64,000 nucleotides of DNA from Eledone cirrhosa (lineage: Eukaryota), in contig OZ024740.1 in assembly GCA_964016885.1 (NCBI GenBank), positions 97,526,001-97,590,000 on the forward strand. Reading direction: 5' to 3'. The notes under the pieces are model-generated. The model saw nothing but the letters and a program-made list of their open reading frames with translations, had not been told where the DNA came from and made no database searches. A program made the translations under genes and the position numbers. This document shows, piece after piece, positions 27,066 through 39,887 of this stretch (position 1 is the stretch's first letter; every line of letters begins with the position of its first letter).

Positions 27066-27146
27066 ACTTCTTGACGACGAAAGGTATTCTCCGTGTTCCA
27101 TTCGGAAACCATGTTTATTCCCTTTCAGAAACTAATTAGTTGGAGT
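27066..27146 (+). ncRNA. Hammerhead of the same family with core TTGACGA (C3U)
   Basis: acttc-TTGACGA-cgaaagg...cctttca-GAAA-ctaattag-TT-ggagt. Confidence 0.55.
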
Positions 27147-27869
27147 GAAATTTTAGTAAGTTAATTTTTATAATTTTTTTATTTTACGTCTTTCATATAA
27201 TTGTTCTGCATCCCATTGCATTGAACCGCAAAGTTACTAAGACAAAACCTATATATTTGCTAGCATAGGTATGCATCTGTATATTTATGTCGGTAGATAT
27301 ACTAATTCTTTACATGTAAATACATATAGATGCATACATATATATATGTATATACATGTATATATATATATATGTATTTACATATATATGATATGTTATG
27401 CTCTTACAGAGTGTAAACTTAAATATTATAACGTATCGGGCCACATCAACATTTCACTGCATACATATATGTATATATATATAAGGCTTTAGATCGTTAG
27501 GTAGACGCAGACACATGCACCTGTGTGTGTGTAAGTTTATTCTGGTAAAGAAAGAATTAGATTGAATGTGTTGGGAGTGACATCTACATTGAAATTTGTA
27601 TATATAGAGTCAACATACGCTAAGGATTTAGGTATATACACATATGTTTATAAAATGTTATATATACAACCATATCAATGCATAATTATGTGTGTAAGCA
27701 TGCACATCTTAATAAACACACATACATGTGTGTGTGTGTATAATCGTTATATATTATATATATCGACAGTCGATCGACATTCATCAAATCGGACTGAGGA
27801 AACAATGTTTCCATCGGTCTTTCCAATTGATAATACTACCTATCGGTAGCAACTCCAGGTAGAAGGAGC

Positions 27870-27980
27870 ATCGTGAAATAAAATGTCTTGCTCAAGCACA
27901 TAATCGCCTGGTCAGGGAATCGAACTCACAAACTCACAATTGCGAATCCAATTCTCTAACCACTGAGCCACGCGCCTTCA
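27870..27980 (-). mobile_element. tRNA-derived SINE head (second SINE family)
   Basis: Minus strand: A-box tggctcagtggttag, B-box gttcgattcc, then gtgcttgagcaagacatttta. Confidence 0.7.
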
Positions 27981-28002
27981 CATTACATATATATATATAT
28001 AT

Positions 28003-28107
28003 ATTCCCGCCAAGGTTAACTTTGCCTTTCATCCTTACGTGGTCGATAAAATAAAGTACCAATAACGTACTGAGAAATTGCTGGCCTTGTGCCAATAGTA
28101 GAAACAA

Positions 28108-28112
<5 letters not shown>
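28003..28112 (+). mobile_element. SINE 3' part (2156-2818 family)
   Basis: Sequence match to the family body and tail. Confidence 0.75.
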
Positions 28113-28178
<66 letters not shown>

Positions 28179-28225
28179 AAGTAAAAGCGAAGTAGTTTCA
28201 GATGTTCAAGTCCTTTAATAATAAT

Positions 28226-28477
28226 GGTGGGTATGGTGTGGCGTGCGGTGGCCGGAAGCGGGGGAGTGCTCGACCGGAAGGGTGCTCGGCCGGAGGGATG
28301 CTCGACCGGAAGGGCCAGCAGATGGCCCTCTCTAGTGGTGACCAGCAACGGTGTGGACGCGAGTTTTGGCAGCTCCCGGTGTTAAGCAGTTGGACGCACG
28401 TGGAAGAGAAGAGACCAGCAGTGGAATTTAGCGGCGCCTATGAAAAGCGGTAAGTGAGATAGCTTGTTCTAACCACA
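28226..28477 (+). repeat. 5' LTR
   Basis: Direct repeat of 32126-32378; ends in CA. Confidence 0.9.
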
Positions 28478-28595
28478 AGCTATTTCGGCACTGGAAACTG
28501 AGATCTGATTGAAAAAAAAAAAAAAAAATGCTACTGGAAAAACAGAGAGGAGTCTGTTGTTTTTTTTTATCACGTACCGCAAGACAAATTAGAAG

Positions 28596-29354
28596 ATGGC
28601 GACAAGACTATGAACAAGCGAAGCTATCAGGGTATTTACCGGGGAAGGTGATGTTGTCGCTTGGCTGCGAAAAGTCCGGGTCGTCACAAGCTTGCAGAAG
28701 ATAGATGCGGCTGGCCTAATGACACTGTACCTCGAGGGGGACGCGTTGATACTCTTCCTTGAGTTGGACGAACACAGCCAAAGTGATGCGCAAAAGATTG
28801 AGAGGCGCATGATAGAAGCTTTCGCAGAGGGACCATTAGCCGCTTTCGCTAAGCTGGCAAGAATTAGATGGAACGGTGAACGCGTTGACATTTTCGCAGC
28901 GGAAATACGGCGATTGGCCATGTTGGCTGGATATCAGGTGGAATGCGAACGCTCGGTGCGGTTGGCGTTAATAAATGGATTTCCAGACGACATAGCGGTG
29001 AAACTGCAGCAAGTCCTGGGTTACAAAGAAATGGAAATGCGTTCACTGGTGGAACAAGCACGGATCATAGCAGAAGATGCCAAAAAGAGTGTTGCGGCGA
29101 TAGCAACTACAGAGGCTCAAGACAGCTGGCAGCGAAATGGTGAAAGGGAGGCAACCACGGCACGCGGTCGCCCGCGAACGTTTAGAGGTCTCTGTTTTCG
29201 GTGCCAGGGCCCGCACATGGCTAGAGATTGCAGAGAGTCAAGGCCGGAAATAATATGCTACCGGTGTAAGTGCCCGGGCCACATCGCTATTAACTGCAAC
29301 CAGGGAAACGATCCAAGGGGAAATACTGCGCCGGTAGTTGCCCCTTACGAGTAG
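28596..29354 (+). pseudogene. gag: Gag with two zinc knuckles (one early in-frame stop)
   Basis: ATG at 28596 is in frame with the 28692-29354 ORF, with TGA at 28611. Knuckles CFRCQGPHMARDC and CYRCKCPGHIAINC. Confidence 0.85.
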
Positions 29355-29360
29355 AGGCGC
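29303..29360 (+). promoter_or_regulatory. -1 programmed ribosomal frameshift signal (G GGA AAC + downstream stem/pseudoknot)
   Basis: The heptamer is in gag phase and the -1 frame reads open into the ALVDTGC protease. Stem aagggg/cccctt follows after 5 nt; loop gcgcc is complementary to ggcgc at 29356-29360. Confidence 0.75.
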
Positions 29361-32112
29361 TGCCCGTGGTAGAAGTCTTCGTGAAGGGAAAGCCACAGCA
29401 AGCCCTCGTGGACACGGGCTGTACGACGACACTGGTGACCGCGGGGGTGACGCAGAGGTGGAGAGGGAAGAGCAGCGTAAGGGCAGTCGACGGCAGGAAA
29501 ATTGAATGCCGAGGTCGCAGCGAGATGCAAATAGCGGTACGGGGAAGGAAAATACGGCTTTCTCTGCCATCGTAGTAGACAGCGTGATGGATGGGATCGG
29601 CGTGGTTATGGGCATGGACGCAATATCCCGTCTAGGAGGCATCACAGTGAACAACGTCGGTGTGTCGTTTGGCGCCGCTGCATCGGTATGCGCTCTGAGT
29701 GCGCGACAGGAGAACCAGAAGGCCCACGAGGAGAAATACCCCACTTACACTGTGCAGGACAAAGACTTCAAGGCCGGGTTCGATGGGCAGCGATGGGTTG
29801 TTGAGTGGTACTGGAAGGGAGAACCACCAACACTGAAGACCAAAGTGGGCTGCTATCAACACACATTGAAGGGAAACATTAGGAGCGAGTTCGAGCGAGA
29901 GGTAGAGATGGATTGAAGAGGGCATACTGCTTCCCTGGAAAGAGGAGGTGAAATGCGGAGTATTGCCGTTAATGGCGGTGGCGCAACCCACGAAGAACAA
30001 GGTGAGGCCGGTGCTGGACTTTCGGGAGCTGAACCAGCACGTGTCATGCCACACGGGTGGCGAGGTCACGGATGTCTCGTGGGAAACCCTGCGTGAGTGG
30101 AGACACATGACGGGGGGTTCAGCAATCGTAGATCGAAAGTCGGCATACTTGCAATTGCATATAGATGAGAAGCTCTGGCAGTATCAGCTGGTCAAGTATA
30201 AGGGCCGGACATATTGCCTGACCATGCTCGGTTTCGGGCTGAGCTCCGCACCGAAAATCATGGCGGCGTTCCTCAAGACCATTCTGGAAAAGGCCGACAA
30301 GATGAAGAGAGCCACTAACTCCTATATTGACGACATCCTAGTAGACGAGTCTGTGGTGTCGGCGGCGGAGGTCACGAGCCATTTACAGGGGTATGGACGG
30401 GCTGCGAAGCCGTCAGAAGCGTTGGAGGGAGGAGCCGCGTTGGGACTTAGGCTACGGCGAGACAAGACGGGCATCTTCGTATTCGAGAGGGGAAATGAAG
30501 TTCCAGAACTGGGCCCAAGTATGAGTAGGCGGGAGCTTTTCTCGGTGTTTGGAAAGTTGGTGGCTCCGGACGGCATGCAGCTATGTCAAGAGACGAGCGG
30601 GAGGAGTGACAGAGTGGGAGAGAGGACGGTGGCCATGATGCAGGAGATCGTGGGGAGGGTGAAGGCCGACGATCCAGTGCGGGGACGCTGGTATGTTCCC
30701 AAATCACAGAGCGGGACCGTATGGTTCGATACCAGCAGCATAGCGCTGGGTGTCACGTTGGAGATAGGAGGTGTTGAGGTCGAGGATGCAGCCTGGCTTA
30801 GGAAGAAAGACGACTGCAACCATATCAATGTTGCCGGACTGGACGCAGTGTTGAGAGGGGTGAACCTCGCCCTGATGTGGGGACTGCGCGCCATCGAGAT
30901 ACGCACCGACTCGGCTACTGTACTCGGATGGGTGAGATCAGTGCTCACCAGTGAGAAGAGAGTGCGAACGAGGGTGGCGGCGGAGATGCTGATAAAGCGC
31001 TGCCTGGGAACTTTAGGAGGGCTGGCCACCGAGTTCGACCTGAGGTTGAGCGTAGTTTTCGTGCCCTCAGAGAAAAATAGGGCGGACATCTTAACTAGGG
31101 TGAAGAAAGCCTGGATGGAAGCGCCGGAGGAGGTTGAAGATGAAATAGTTGCCGTGTGTCGGATCTGAAAGGGTTGCATGACATGCACCACATGGGTGTG
31201 GATAGGAGCCTGTTCCTAGTCAGGAGAATCGACTCGGACGTTAACAGACACAGTGTTCAAAGGGTGGTTAGAGGATGCGTCCGATGTCAGTCCGATGATC
31301 CCACCCCGGGTGTACATGAAACGGGAAGCCTCCCGGTGGATCGCGACTGGAAGCGATTGGCGGTGGATGTAACGCACTACCGACAGGGAATACCTCTCGA
31401 TGGTCGACTGCGGACCAGGACGGATGGCGATATGGAGGGAGATGAAGACTGGAACGGCCGAGGAAATCATGCGGACGTTGAGAGAGGTGTTCTTGGAGCG
31501 GGGCCCTGTGGACGAACTGCTGATGGACAACAGCGCAGCGTTCCGCTTGGAGGCGCTGAGGAAGATGCTCGATGGATGGAAGGTGGACCCTTTCAAAAGA
31601 GCGGCGCACAGGCCGAGCGGGAATGGAATTGTGGAGCGACACCACCGGACGATCAAGGCAATGGCGGAGCGGGGCCATATCTCACCAATGGAGGCAGTGT
31701 TCTGGTACAACATGTCCCCTGGGTGGGACAGGTCGAGGAATCGGTGTCACACAGAGCAGTATTCAGATACGAGTGGCGGCACCCGTGCACGCCACCACAA
31801 CGGCCAGTGGGGAGATAGAGTGCATTCGTGCAGGTGGGCGAAGAAGTCTGGGTTAAGCCCCCATATGCACGTTGCACATCTCAATGGGGAAGGGGAATGG
31901 TGACGGCCGTAAATTCCCAGAACAATGTGTCCGGGGACGGAGTACCACGTCATGTCCTGGATGTCCGTAGAATCAATGTGTCAACGGACTCCGAGGAAGA
32001 GGACACCCAAAGTGCTTCCCCAACACTGCGGAGATCGCAAAGAAGTCGTAAACCACCAACCTGGACAGCAGACTTTTATATGCAGAAGGACGAGGGGGAA
32101 ATTGATCCTTGA
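29303..32112 (+). pseudogene. pol: Pol (protease, RT, RNase H, integrase), several frameshifts
   Basis: ALVDTGC; RPVLDFRELN, GFGLSSAP, YIDD; RNase H IRTDS and NRAD; integrase H..H..CVRC, AVDVTH, MDN and GNGIVER. Confidence 0.9.
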
Positions 32113-32125
32113 GATCAGGGGTGCG

Positions 32126-32378
32126 TGTGGGTATGGTGTGGCGTGCGGTGGGCCGGAAGCGGGGGAGTGCTCGACCGGAAGGGTGCTTGGCCGGAGGGAT
32201 GCTTGACTGGAAGGGCCAGCAGATGGCCCTCTCAGGTGGTGACCAGCAACGGTGTGGACGCGAGTTTTGGCAGCTCCCGGTGTTAAGCAGTTGGACGCAC
32301 GCGGAAGAGGAGAGACCAGCAGTGGAATTTAGCGGCGCCTATGAAAAGCGGTAAGTAAGATAGCTTTTTCTAACCTCA
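32126..32378 (+). repeat. 3' LTR
   Basis: TG...CA termini; direct repeat of the 5' LTR. Confidence 0.9.
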
Positions 32379-33194
32379 TATATTTCAATGACGACAATGG
32401 CCACACTGTTCTGTCTGCGAGTGTCGTGACATCATCAGACAGCTTGTTACATAATAAGGTTATGTTTCCGAGGCAATCCAAGTTGAATCGACATGGGGAC
32501 GGACGAAGTGTGTGCCTTTGGGTTCTTCATCCTTTCCCCTGTGAGTACCAATTCACCCCCACCGGTCTGCGCAGGCGCATGTCCGAAGGAAGGTGCCCAT
32601 TAGCTACCGCCGATTTCAACGAAATTCGCTTAGTCAGTTCACCCTCTCAGCCAAACAATGACCCATTTAGGCCTGTTACTCGTCCCGTCAGTGGCAGTCA
32701 GCCGAAAGCCAGAGGGGATGGGAGAGTGTTAGTTTTTACAAGTCACATACTACCTCTCACCAAGCATGGAAAGTACGACTGACCATCAACTCACAAGAGC
32801 AAATATACTTAATTCTAGGTATCATAGTTTTACGTTGGAAGTTATGAGTGATAGTTGGAAATAAAAATTAAAATCCTAAATCAAAAATTATAAATTAAAC
32901 AATTAAAAAATTAACAATTAGAAATAAAAAAAATGTTTCAAGTGTGAATCATGATTGAGGTGAGTAAAAAAACATATAGATTGAAGTAGGTAAATAAAAT
33001 GGAGAGAGATGTTTAAGTAAGAAGTTCTGAGAGGGGTTCCAATGTCACAGTTACACTATCCACATATTTAACGATAGTGCCGTACATTAGAACGGAGCGT
33101 AAACTACAGTATTCAAGGCAGCAGTCAATCTGGTGCACAGTCATAATTTCCATCACATGGAACAAAACCAAAGATATATATATATATATATCAT

Positions 33195-34075
33195 GACCAT
33201 CATCATCATCGTTTAACGTCCATGTTTCACGCTTGCATGGGTTTGGACTGGAATTATCCCACTTGAGGTAAGATTGGTTGTCTTGCTCGTATAGGACTGT
33301 CTGGCGGGTTTTCTACGGCGGGATGCCCTTCCTAACACCAACCACGTTTACAGTGTGGACTGGGAGATTTTTACTGTTATCTACACGGCCACATTACAGC
33401 GTGGACTGTGTGTTTTTTTGTCGTGACACCTACACGACCTCATTTATTACGGACTGGATGTTATGGTACCAACATAACTTACTTCGAAAGGGGTGGTATG
33501 GATGGAGTGGGGGTAGTGGGACGGGGGTGTATATTTGTTAAGAGGTGCCTACTGACTGTAGGTTTCGCTTTGTACTTAGGCAAGGCGGGTCTTCTGTATT
33601 ACTGTGTAGCGCCAAAGATCTCGGTCCAGTGACATTGTCTTGGAGAGGTGTTAGGTTTTTCTGGGTCTGCCTACACCGTGGCTACCGTCTATTTTTATCG
33701 CCCTGCACTTTTTTATACAGCTGTCGTCTTTCATGCGCATCACGTGACCATACCAACGTAGTCTTCTCTCGAGTAAACAACATCTGAGCCCTCTTATTCC
33801 TAATTTCACCCTTAGTTCATTTATGCTTTGCTGTTCCCGTATATTACAATTACATATCCAACGGAGCATGCAAGATTCGTTCCTCTCCAGTTTGCGTAAA
33901 TCCTCTGCACACACTGCCCAAGTCTCACTGCCATGTAACATTGTTGTTGTATGCAGGCATCATGCAGCCTGCCTTTCATTTTTAGAGAGAACCCTTTAGC
34001 GGCCAATAGTGGTATAATCTCTCTGAACTTTTTCCATCCCGTTCTGAATCTAGCTACTGTACTTTCAGAGCACCC
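33195..34075 (-). mobile_element. RTE LINE 3' fragment with 3' UTR and (ATG)n tail
   Basis: MLHGSETW..MLRWIC..RRLRWYGHVMR..GRPRKT; homologous to 50460-51240. Confidence 0.85.
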
Positions 34076-34204
34076 TCCCCCACTGTATAATTATACATAA
34101 ATGTATATTCATATATATAAATGTATGTATAAATATATATATATATATAAGTGATATAAGTGTATGTATGTATATATATATATATATAACTGTATGTATG
34201 TATA

Positions 34205-34284
<80 letters not shown>

Positions 34285-34427
34285 TATATGTTTAAATATA
34301 TATATATAAATGTATGTATAATTATACATATATATATATATATATAAATACATACATTTATATATATATATATATATATTTATACATACATTTACATATA
34401 TATATATGTATATATATATGTATAATT

Positions 34428-34460
<33 letters not shown>

Positions 34461-34494
34461 CATACATAAACTTATATCACATATATATATATAT

Positions 34495-34795
34495 GAGTTT
34501 AATTCTCAGACCGGGTGATGTGTTGTTTCCTTTAGCAAGACACTTTATTTCACATTGCTCCAGTTTACTCAGCTGTAGAAATGAGATGATAGGACTGGGG
34601 CCCATATCATTCCACTGTAAAGTGTTCATGGAGGTGCCACGTCAAAAAAGCCCCAGCACTCACTGTAAATGAGTTTGTTGTTAGGAAGGGCATCCAGCTG
34701 TAGAAATCAAGCCAGAATCAGTTCCCATCCCACCCTTGCAAGCAGGGAAAGCGGACGTAAAATGAAATGAAATGAAATGAAATGAAATGAAATGA
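34495..34795 (+). mobile_element. SINE with RTE-type 3' end and (GAAAT)n tail
   Basis: ttagcaagacactttatt body; aggaagggcatccagc..cccttgcaagcagggaaagcggacgt end shared with the RTE at 53955. Confidence 0.6.
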
Positions 34796-36179
34796 TTTAT
34801 ACATACATTTATATATATATGAATATATATATATCTACATACATTCATTTATATTTATATATATTCACATACATGCATACATACATACACATAGATCTAT
34901 GTGTATATGTGTGTGTGTGTGTGTGTATGCAGATGTGTTTGTGTGTAAACATAATGAATTGTGCAGTGCTTGTGTGTGTTGAGTAATATTTGTTTAGCAA
35001 TCCATGTATTCAGTGTATTGGCAGTCATATATAATCTGGTCCTGCTAATTATTCATCTACTACCAGTCAAACTAGTATCAAATTATATGGTAAAACTTCA
35101 TTGCTTTTTCAGGATGTAAACTACTTTGGTTGTTCTCTTTTCTTGCCAAATAACAATTTGTTTTCCTATGAGATTTATTAGACAAACGATATGTGTATAT
35201 ATGTATATTTGTTTACGTATGCATGCATATATATACATCTATGGATGTATATGTGTATAAGTTTGCATATATGTGTGAATGTGATTAACCTGTTTAACTT
35301 TTGCCTGTGTGGAAGTATATGCACATATAGAATTATATATAATTTGTACATAAAAATGAATATATGTGTATATATATTGTCAACTCACCCAGTGAAACAG
35401 ATTTTCCTGAAACTTCTACATAAAGATTTTTCTCTTTTGGTACGTCAGTTTATTTCTTTCCCAGACAGATTTCAATTATTTGTTCTATGTTTTATCAGTG
35501 AAATTAGATTTTGACTACAAACATCTTGTCTTTTGTAGCAGACAAAGTTTAGCTCCATCTCAAGAGATTATTTCTTAATTTGATCCTTAATCCGAAACGA
35601 TAACAGATTATTTCTATAATTACAGAATTTAATGAAAAGAAAACTGCTTTTATCACAAAAATAATGGTATCATCATCATCATCATCATCGTCATCATCAT
35701 CGTCATCCTCATCCTCATCATCATCATCATCATCATTTAATGTCTGTGTTTCCTGCAAGAAAGGGTTAGACAAGTTTTCACATGTCAACTATAGTATTTA
35801 CTCAAATTTACAGAGTTTGTAAATGAGTGAGAGTGCCGCGTCCGACTTACATACATTTTTGCACTCTACAGCATATTCCAAATGCATTTTATCATGACAC
35901 CAGCCCTCAGGACCTTTTTATATATTTGACACAACTAAAGATTCCTCTTGACCCTTTATATGATAAGTCTTCTAAGAATGGATTCTTTTCTTATCACAAT
36001 CCATTTAACTGAGTGTACTGAGTGAGATTTATCATGTCACCAGCAATAACAAATGAATTCTATTATCACTCCAATATTTTATATAGTAAAAATAATTTGC
36101 TGTTAAATTCACTCCATTGTGTAGAATATGAGACTTAGTCTATTTAGAATACAATGTTTAGAGAGGCTAAGTTGCATAA

Positions 36180-36290
36180 AATAATTGTTTCTACTTTTGG
36201 CACAAGGCCAGCAATTATTCCAGTACATTACTGGTACTTTATTTTATCGACCCCGTAAGGATGAAAGGCAAAGTTAACCTCGGCAGGATT
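36180..36290 (-). mobile_element. SINE 3' part (2156-2818 family)
   Basis: Reverse-complement match to the family. Confidence 0.75.
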
Positions 36291-36930
36291 AATGACTCCT
36301 AATATGTATATTGTAGCATCTATGGTCAGTTTGAATATTATAATTGTAGTGATATTTTTACCACATTTGTAGCAAATATTCTTTTTTTTTTTCTTTAATT
36401 TGGTTGATTGTTTGTTTGTGTGGCTTTGTTTATATATATATATATATATTTTTTTTTCTTTGAAAGCCACTCTGTTTTAGGGATATATATTAGAATGGTA
36501 CTGTTTCATTACATATTGTTTTATTGGATGATTTTGTGTAGATTCTCTGGCTCATGTTGCCAACTAGGTTTTTTTCTGATGGAAAGTGCAAGTTGATATA
36601 TCTGTTTATCTCATATAACATATCTTCATTTACATTTACAATTCAAAATGTTCAATGTATATATAATACTGAGATGCTGACAATTGTAATATAACAAAAA
36701 TTACAAAATACGGTACTTTGCTATTGAACATATTTTTGTGTATTTGAAAATCCAGTTCTATGGAGATAAAGAGATGTCAAATAAGGATGATGATATTATC
36801 TATCTATCACCATCATTATCACCATCATATAATGTCTGTTTCCCTAGTAGCAAAATATGAATGGGTCTTCACAGATTGAGTCAGTACTCAAATGGGTATA
36901 CTGATCTCTCAGAATGGCCAAGGCTCTTCA

Positions 36931-36990
<60 letters not shown>

Positions 36991-37156
36991 TGAGCTCAAG
37001 CCATTTCGACGGCTAATTCAGTCCAGAATTAGCCGTCAAAACGGCTTGAGCTCAGCCGTCGGGGTCCTACTCGTTCCTATTACCCACTCTACTACCCTAA
37101 GTATTGAGTACTTTGGTGCGTTATGGTCCACCTGGTTCCTTACCACATTTCTTTTG

Positions 37157-37202
<46 letters not shown>

Positions 37203-37424
37203 CGTTTCTGAATTTGTTTAGCAAGATTCTTTATCTGAAATCGTGTGTTGAAACCGATATTGTTATACTTTGGGAGGGTCATGTTGCCAATAAGAAACAC
37301 ACGCACCAGTTGCTTTCACTTCAATTTATTATATATTTATAAATTTATAAATTTACAAATCTACAAACTTATAAATTTCTGGTTGGTTGGTTGGTTCCAC
37401 AACCAGATAGTTGTTTATATATAT

Positions 37425-37469
37425 AGTCATAGTCCTTTCGTCACACACTCTGTGACCTCTTCAGTGACT
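37425..37469 (-). ncRNA. Minimal type I hammerhead
   Basis: Reverse complement of 37534-37578. Confidence 0.85.
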
Positions 37470-37533
37470 GGGGATTCCTTTCTGGCGTAGGATAGAAGAA
37501 AGGAAAGGCACAGAAACGAAGAAAGGAATCCCC

Positions 37534-37578
37534 AGTCACTGAAGAGGTCACAGAGTGTGTGACGAAAGGACTATGACT
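37534..37578 (+). ncRNA. Minimal type I hammerhead
   Basis: agtca-CTGAAGA-g gtcaca gagtg tgtgac-GAAA-ggac-TA-tgact. Confidence 0.85.
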
Positions 37579-37730
37579 ATATATATAAACAACTATCTGG
37601 TTGTGGAACCAACCAGAAATTTATAAGTTTGTAGATTTGTAAATTTATAAATTTATAAATATATAATAAATTGAAGTGAAAGCAACTGGTGCGTGTGTTT
37701 CTTATTGGCAACATGACCCTCCCAAAGTAT

Positions 37731-37771
<41 letters not shown>

Positions 37772-39887
37772 CCATAGAAATGATAATGTTTTGACATGAA
37801 TCCACATGAGCTGATTGATATTGGAATCAGGTCTATCACAGCACTAAAAACCTCGAGCCAGTCCTCTGTGAAACATATGTAACTTTCGACATGCAATAAA
37901 AACGTCTTAAAGTTGAACATCTTTATTACTCACACAATATATACACTATGCTATAACATTGAATGGTCATATTGGAGCCATCTCCAGTAATCAACAAAAT
38001 TTCTGAATATATATATATATATGATAATGTGTGCATGGAAGCATATTACTTAGTAGTTTGGGTGTTTAGCTCATGATCTTAAGGTCAGAATTTTGATTCC
38101 TGTTTGGATGCTGTGTTCTTCGATAAGACAATTCTTTCCTATTAATTTAGTTTACTTATCTGGCAAAAGTTAGTTGTTATTGTAGTTCAAAGAGCCAGCC
38201 ATGCCACTCATATGTCATACAGATACTCCCTGAGAACTATGCAAATGAAGAACATATCTGTAGAATGTTCAGCTACTAACATGTATATTTTATGAGCAAG
38301 TTGTTCTGTTGTTCAATTAAATGGAATATTCATCGATGTTCATGCTGTTATTATGCATTAATGTGGATGGAGTCATGGCAGCAGACTCATTTGATATTGA
38401 TCAGTTGTGCAAAAGTATCATTGCCTACATTAATGGGTAATTTTAAATAGCTCTGGTGTATCAGTGGAAGCGGCTGAAACACCTACTGAGTTACTTCACT
38501 GCTTAACGAAACATCAACTCCTGCATTTGGTGTTGGCATACTGTAACACACTCAACATGCATGTTTCTTAAACAAATATTTGACAAGTGTGATAGGAACC
38601 TGACAAGAGGAAGCGATATCCTCACTGGAGAGAAGAATACTCCTAACTGAAAGTAAAAGTACTCTTGACTGGACGGAAAAGGACATGTGGCAACATGATT
38701 TCCCACTGTATGGCTATTGCCATGCTGTCAGGTCACTGATGCAAAAGCTCCTTATACAAAAGAAAAAATAACAGAGATGTGAGCCTATAGCCCGGGAAAC
38801 AGAGGGATGGTAAGTGCTACTAGAAATCATGTTAATGAACCCTAAATGAACATGGACATGAAAAAGAACGTTGCTTTAAATGCATGCAATTCTCATATAG
38901 TTGAGCTAACATTTGTAGGAATCAATTTGGCACATTGAAAGGTCACCAAATTCACAGGACGATATGGTAAATGCAGAATCACAATGTCCATTATATGATG
39001 AGCATCAATAGTATCCAGGAAGCAGAACTCAAATGACTTTAACCATTCAATGGCAAATGATTTAATTTAATTTAATTTTGTACATATACATCTTCTCCAG
39101 AGTTTGGTTGTGGCTTGATTGACAGCTGGTAGGATGCTAAAAAAGGAGTACCATGTGATGAAACTACTGAATAAGTAGACAAAGTAAAGGAAGGGGGAAC
39201 CTGATCAAATGTTATTAGCAAGTACATGACAAAAATAGAAATAAAATAAAATGTAATTGGATCAGCGAGTAGTTCACTAAATAGCTTAGTTTGACCAACT
39301 AGATAGTTCATGTAGATAAACATAATGTTTATACATCTGGTTTCAACTGTTGTCTATTTCCATGTCCTATAACCTATATAATTAGTAAAGTTTTATAGCT
39401 CTGGTTGTATGTAAATCTAGTAGTGTCTCTACATCAGAGTCATTAATTCTATTTCAGTGTTTTAAATGGAGATCTACTGAGATTTCGTTTTGTTTGGGAA
39501 GAAATGAAATGAAGGATTCTAATGGTGTAAGAATTTTGTGAGGGCTCTTGGATGTGAGTTTTGTGTGGGTGATGTGTAATCTGGTGTTTTGTGAGATTGG
39601 TTAGAGTTTTGATAAATTAGATGGGTATTGCATGCATGTTGTGTAAGCCTTTGGTTTGTTATGTATTTTAGTTGGTTACTGTGAAATGCTGTATATGTTG
39701 GTGCTATCGTTATACCTTGCATTATGTATGCCTTACTTTTCAGGAATGGTTTTCGCAATATATGTGTAATAATGTTGTCAGGGTAATTATTGTGTGTGGT
39801 GGATTGTTAGTGTCATTTGTGGTTTCATCTAAGTGTTAATTCTTTTGTACCTTGGTTTGCAGTATGCCTTTAGTTATGTGTGTATGT

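Larger units (their letters stand above)
28226..32378 (+). mobile_element. Ty3/Gypsy LTR retrotransposon, full length but decayed (~4.15 kb)
   Basis: Two ~250-bp LTRs; domain order gag-PR-RT-RNaseH-IN; purine-rich tract before the 3' LTR. Confidence 0.95.
37200..37737. mobile_element. ORF-less fold-back PLE 3' end with a hammerhead in each arm
   Basis: 37257-37483 is inverted against 37520-37737, with an unpaired tail at 37200-37256 and (TA)n flanks. Confidence 0.85.

Noticed and set aside
29238-31713. Long antisense and alternate-frame ORFs over the Gypsy pol (also over the PLE and RTE ORFs)
   Set aside because: Expected shadow ORFs of coding sequence; no recognisable motifs.
32385-32445. 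Minus-strand CTGATGA-tgtc..gaca-GAAC
   Set aside because: No A15.1-U16.1 pair and no stem I; probably chance.
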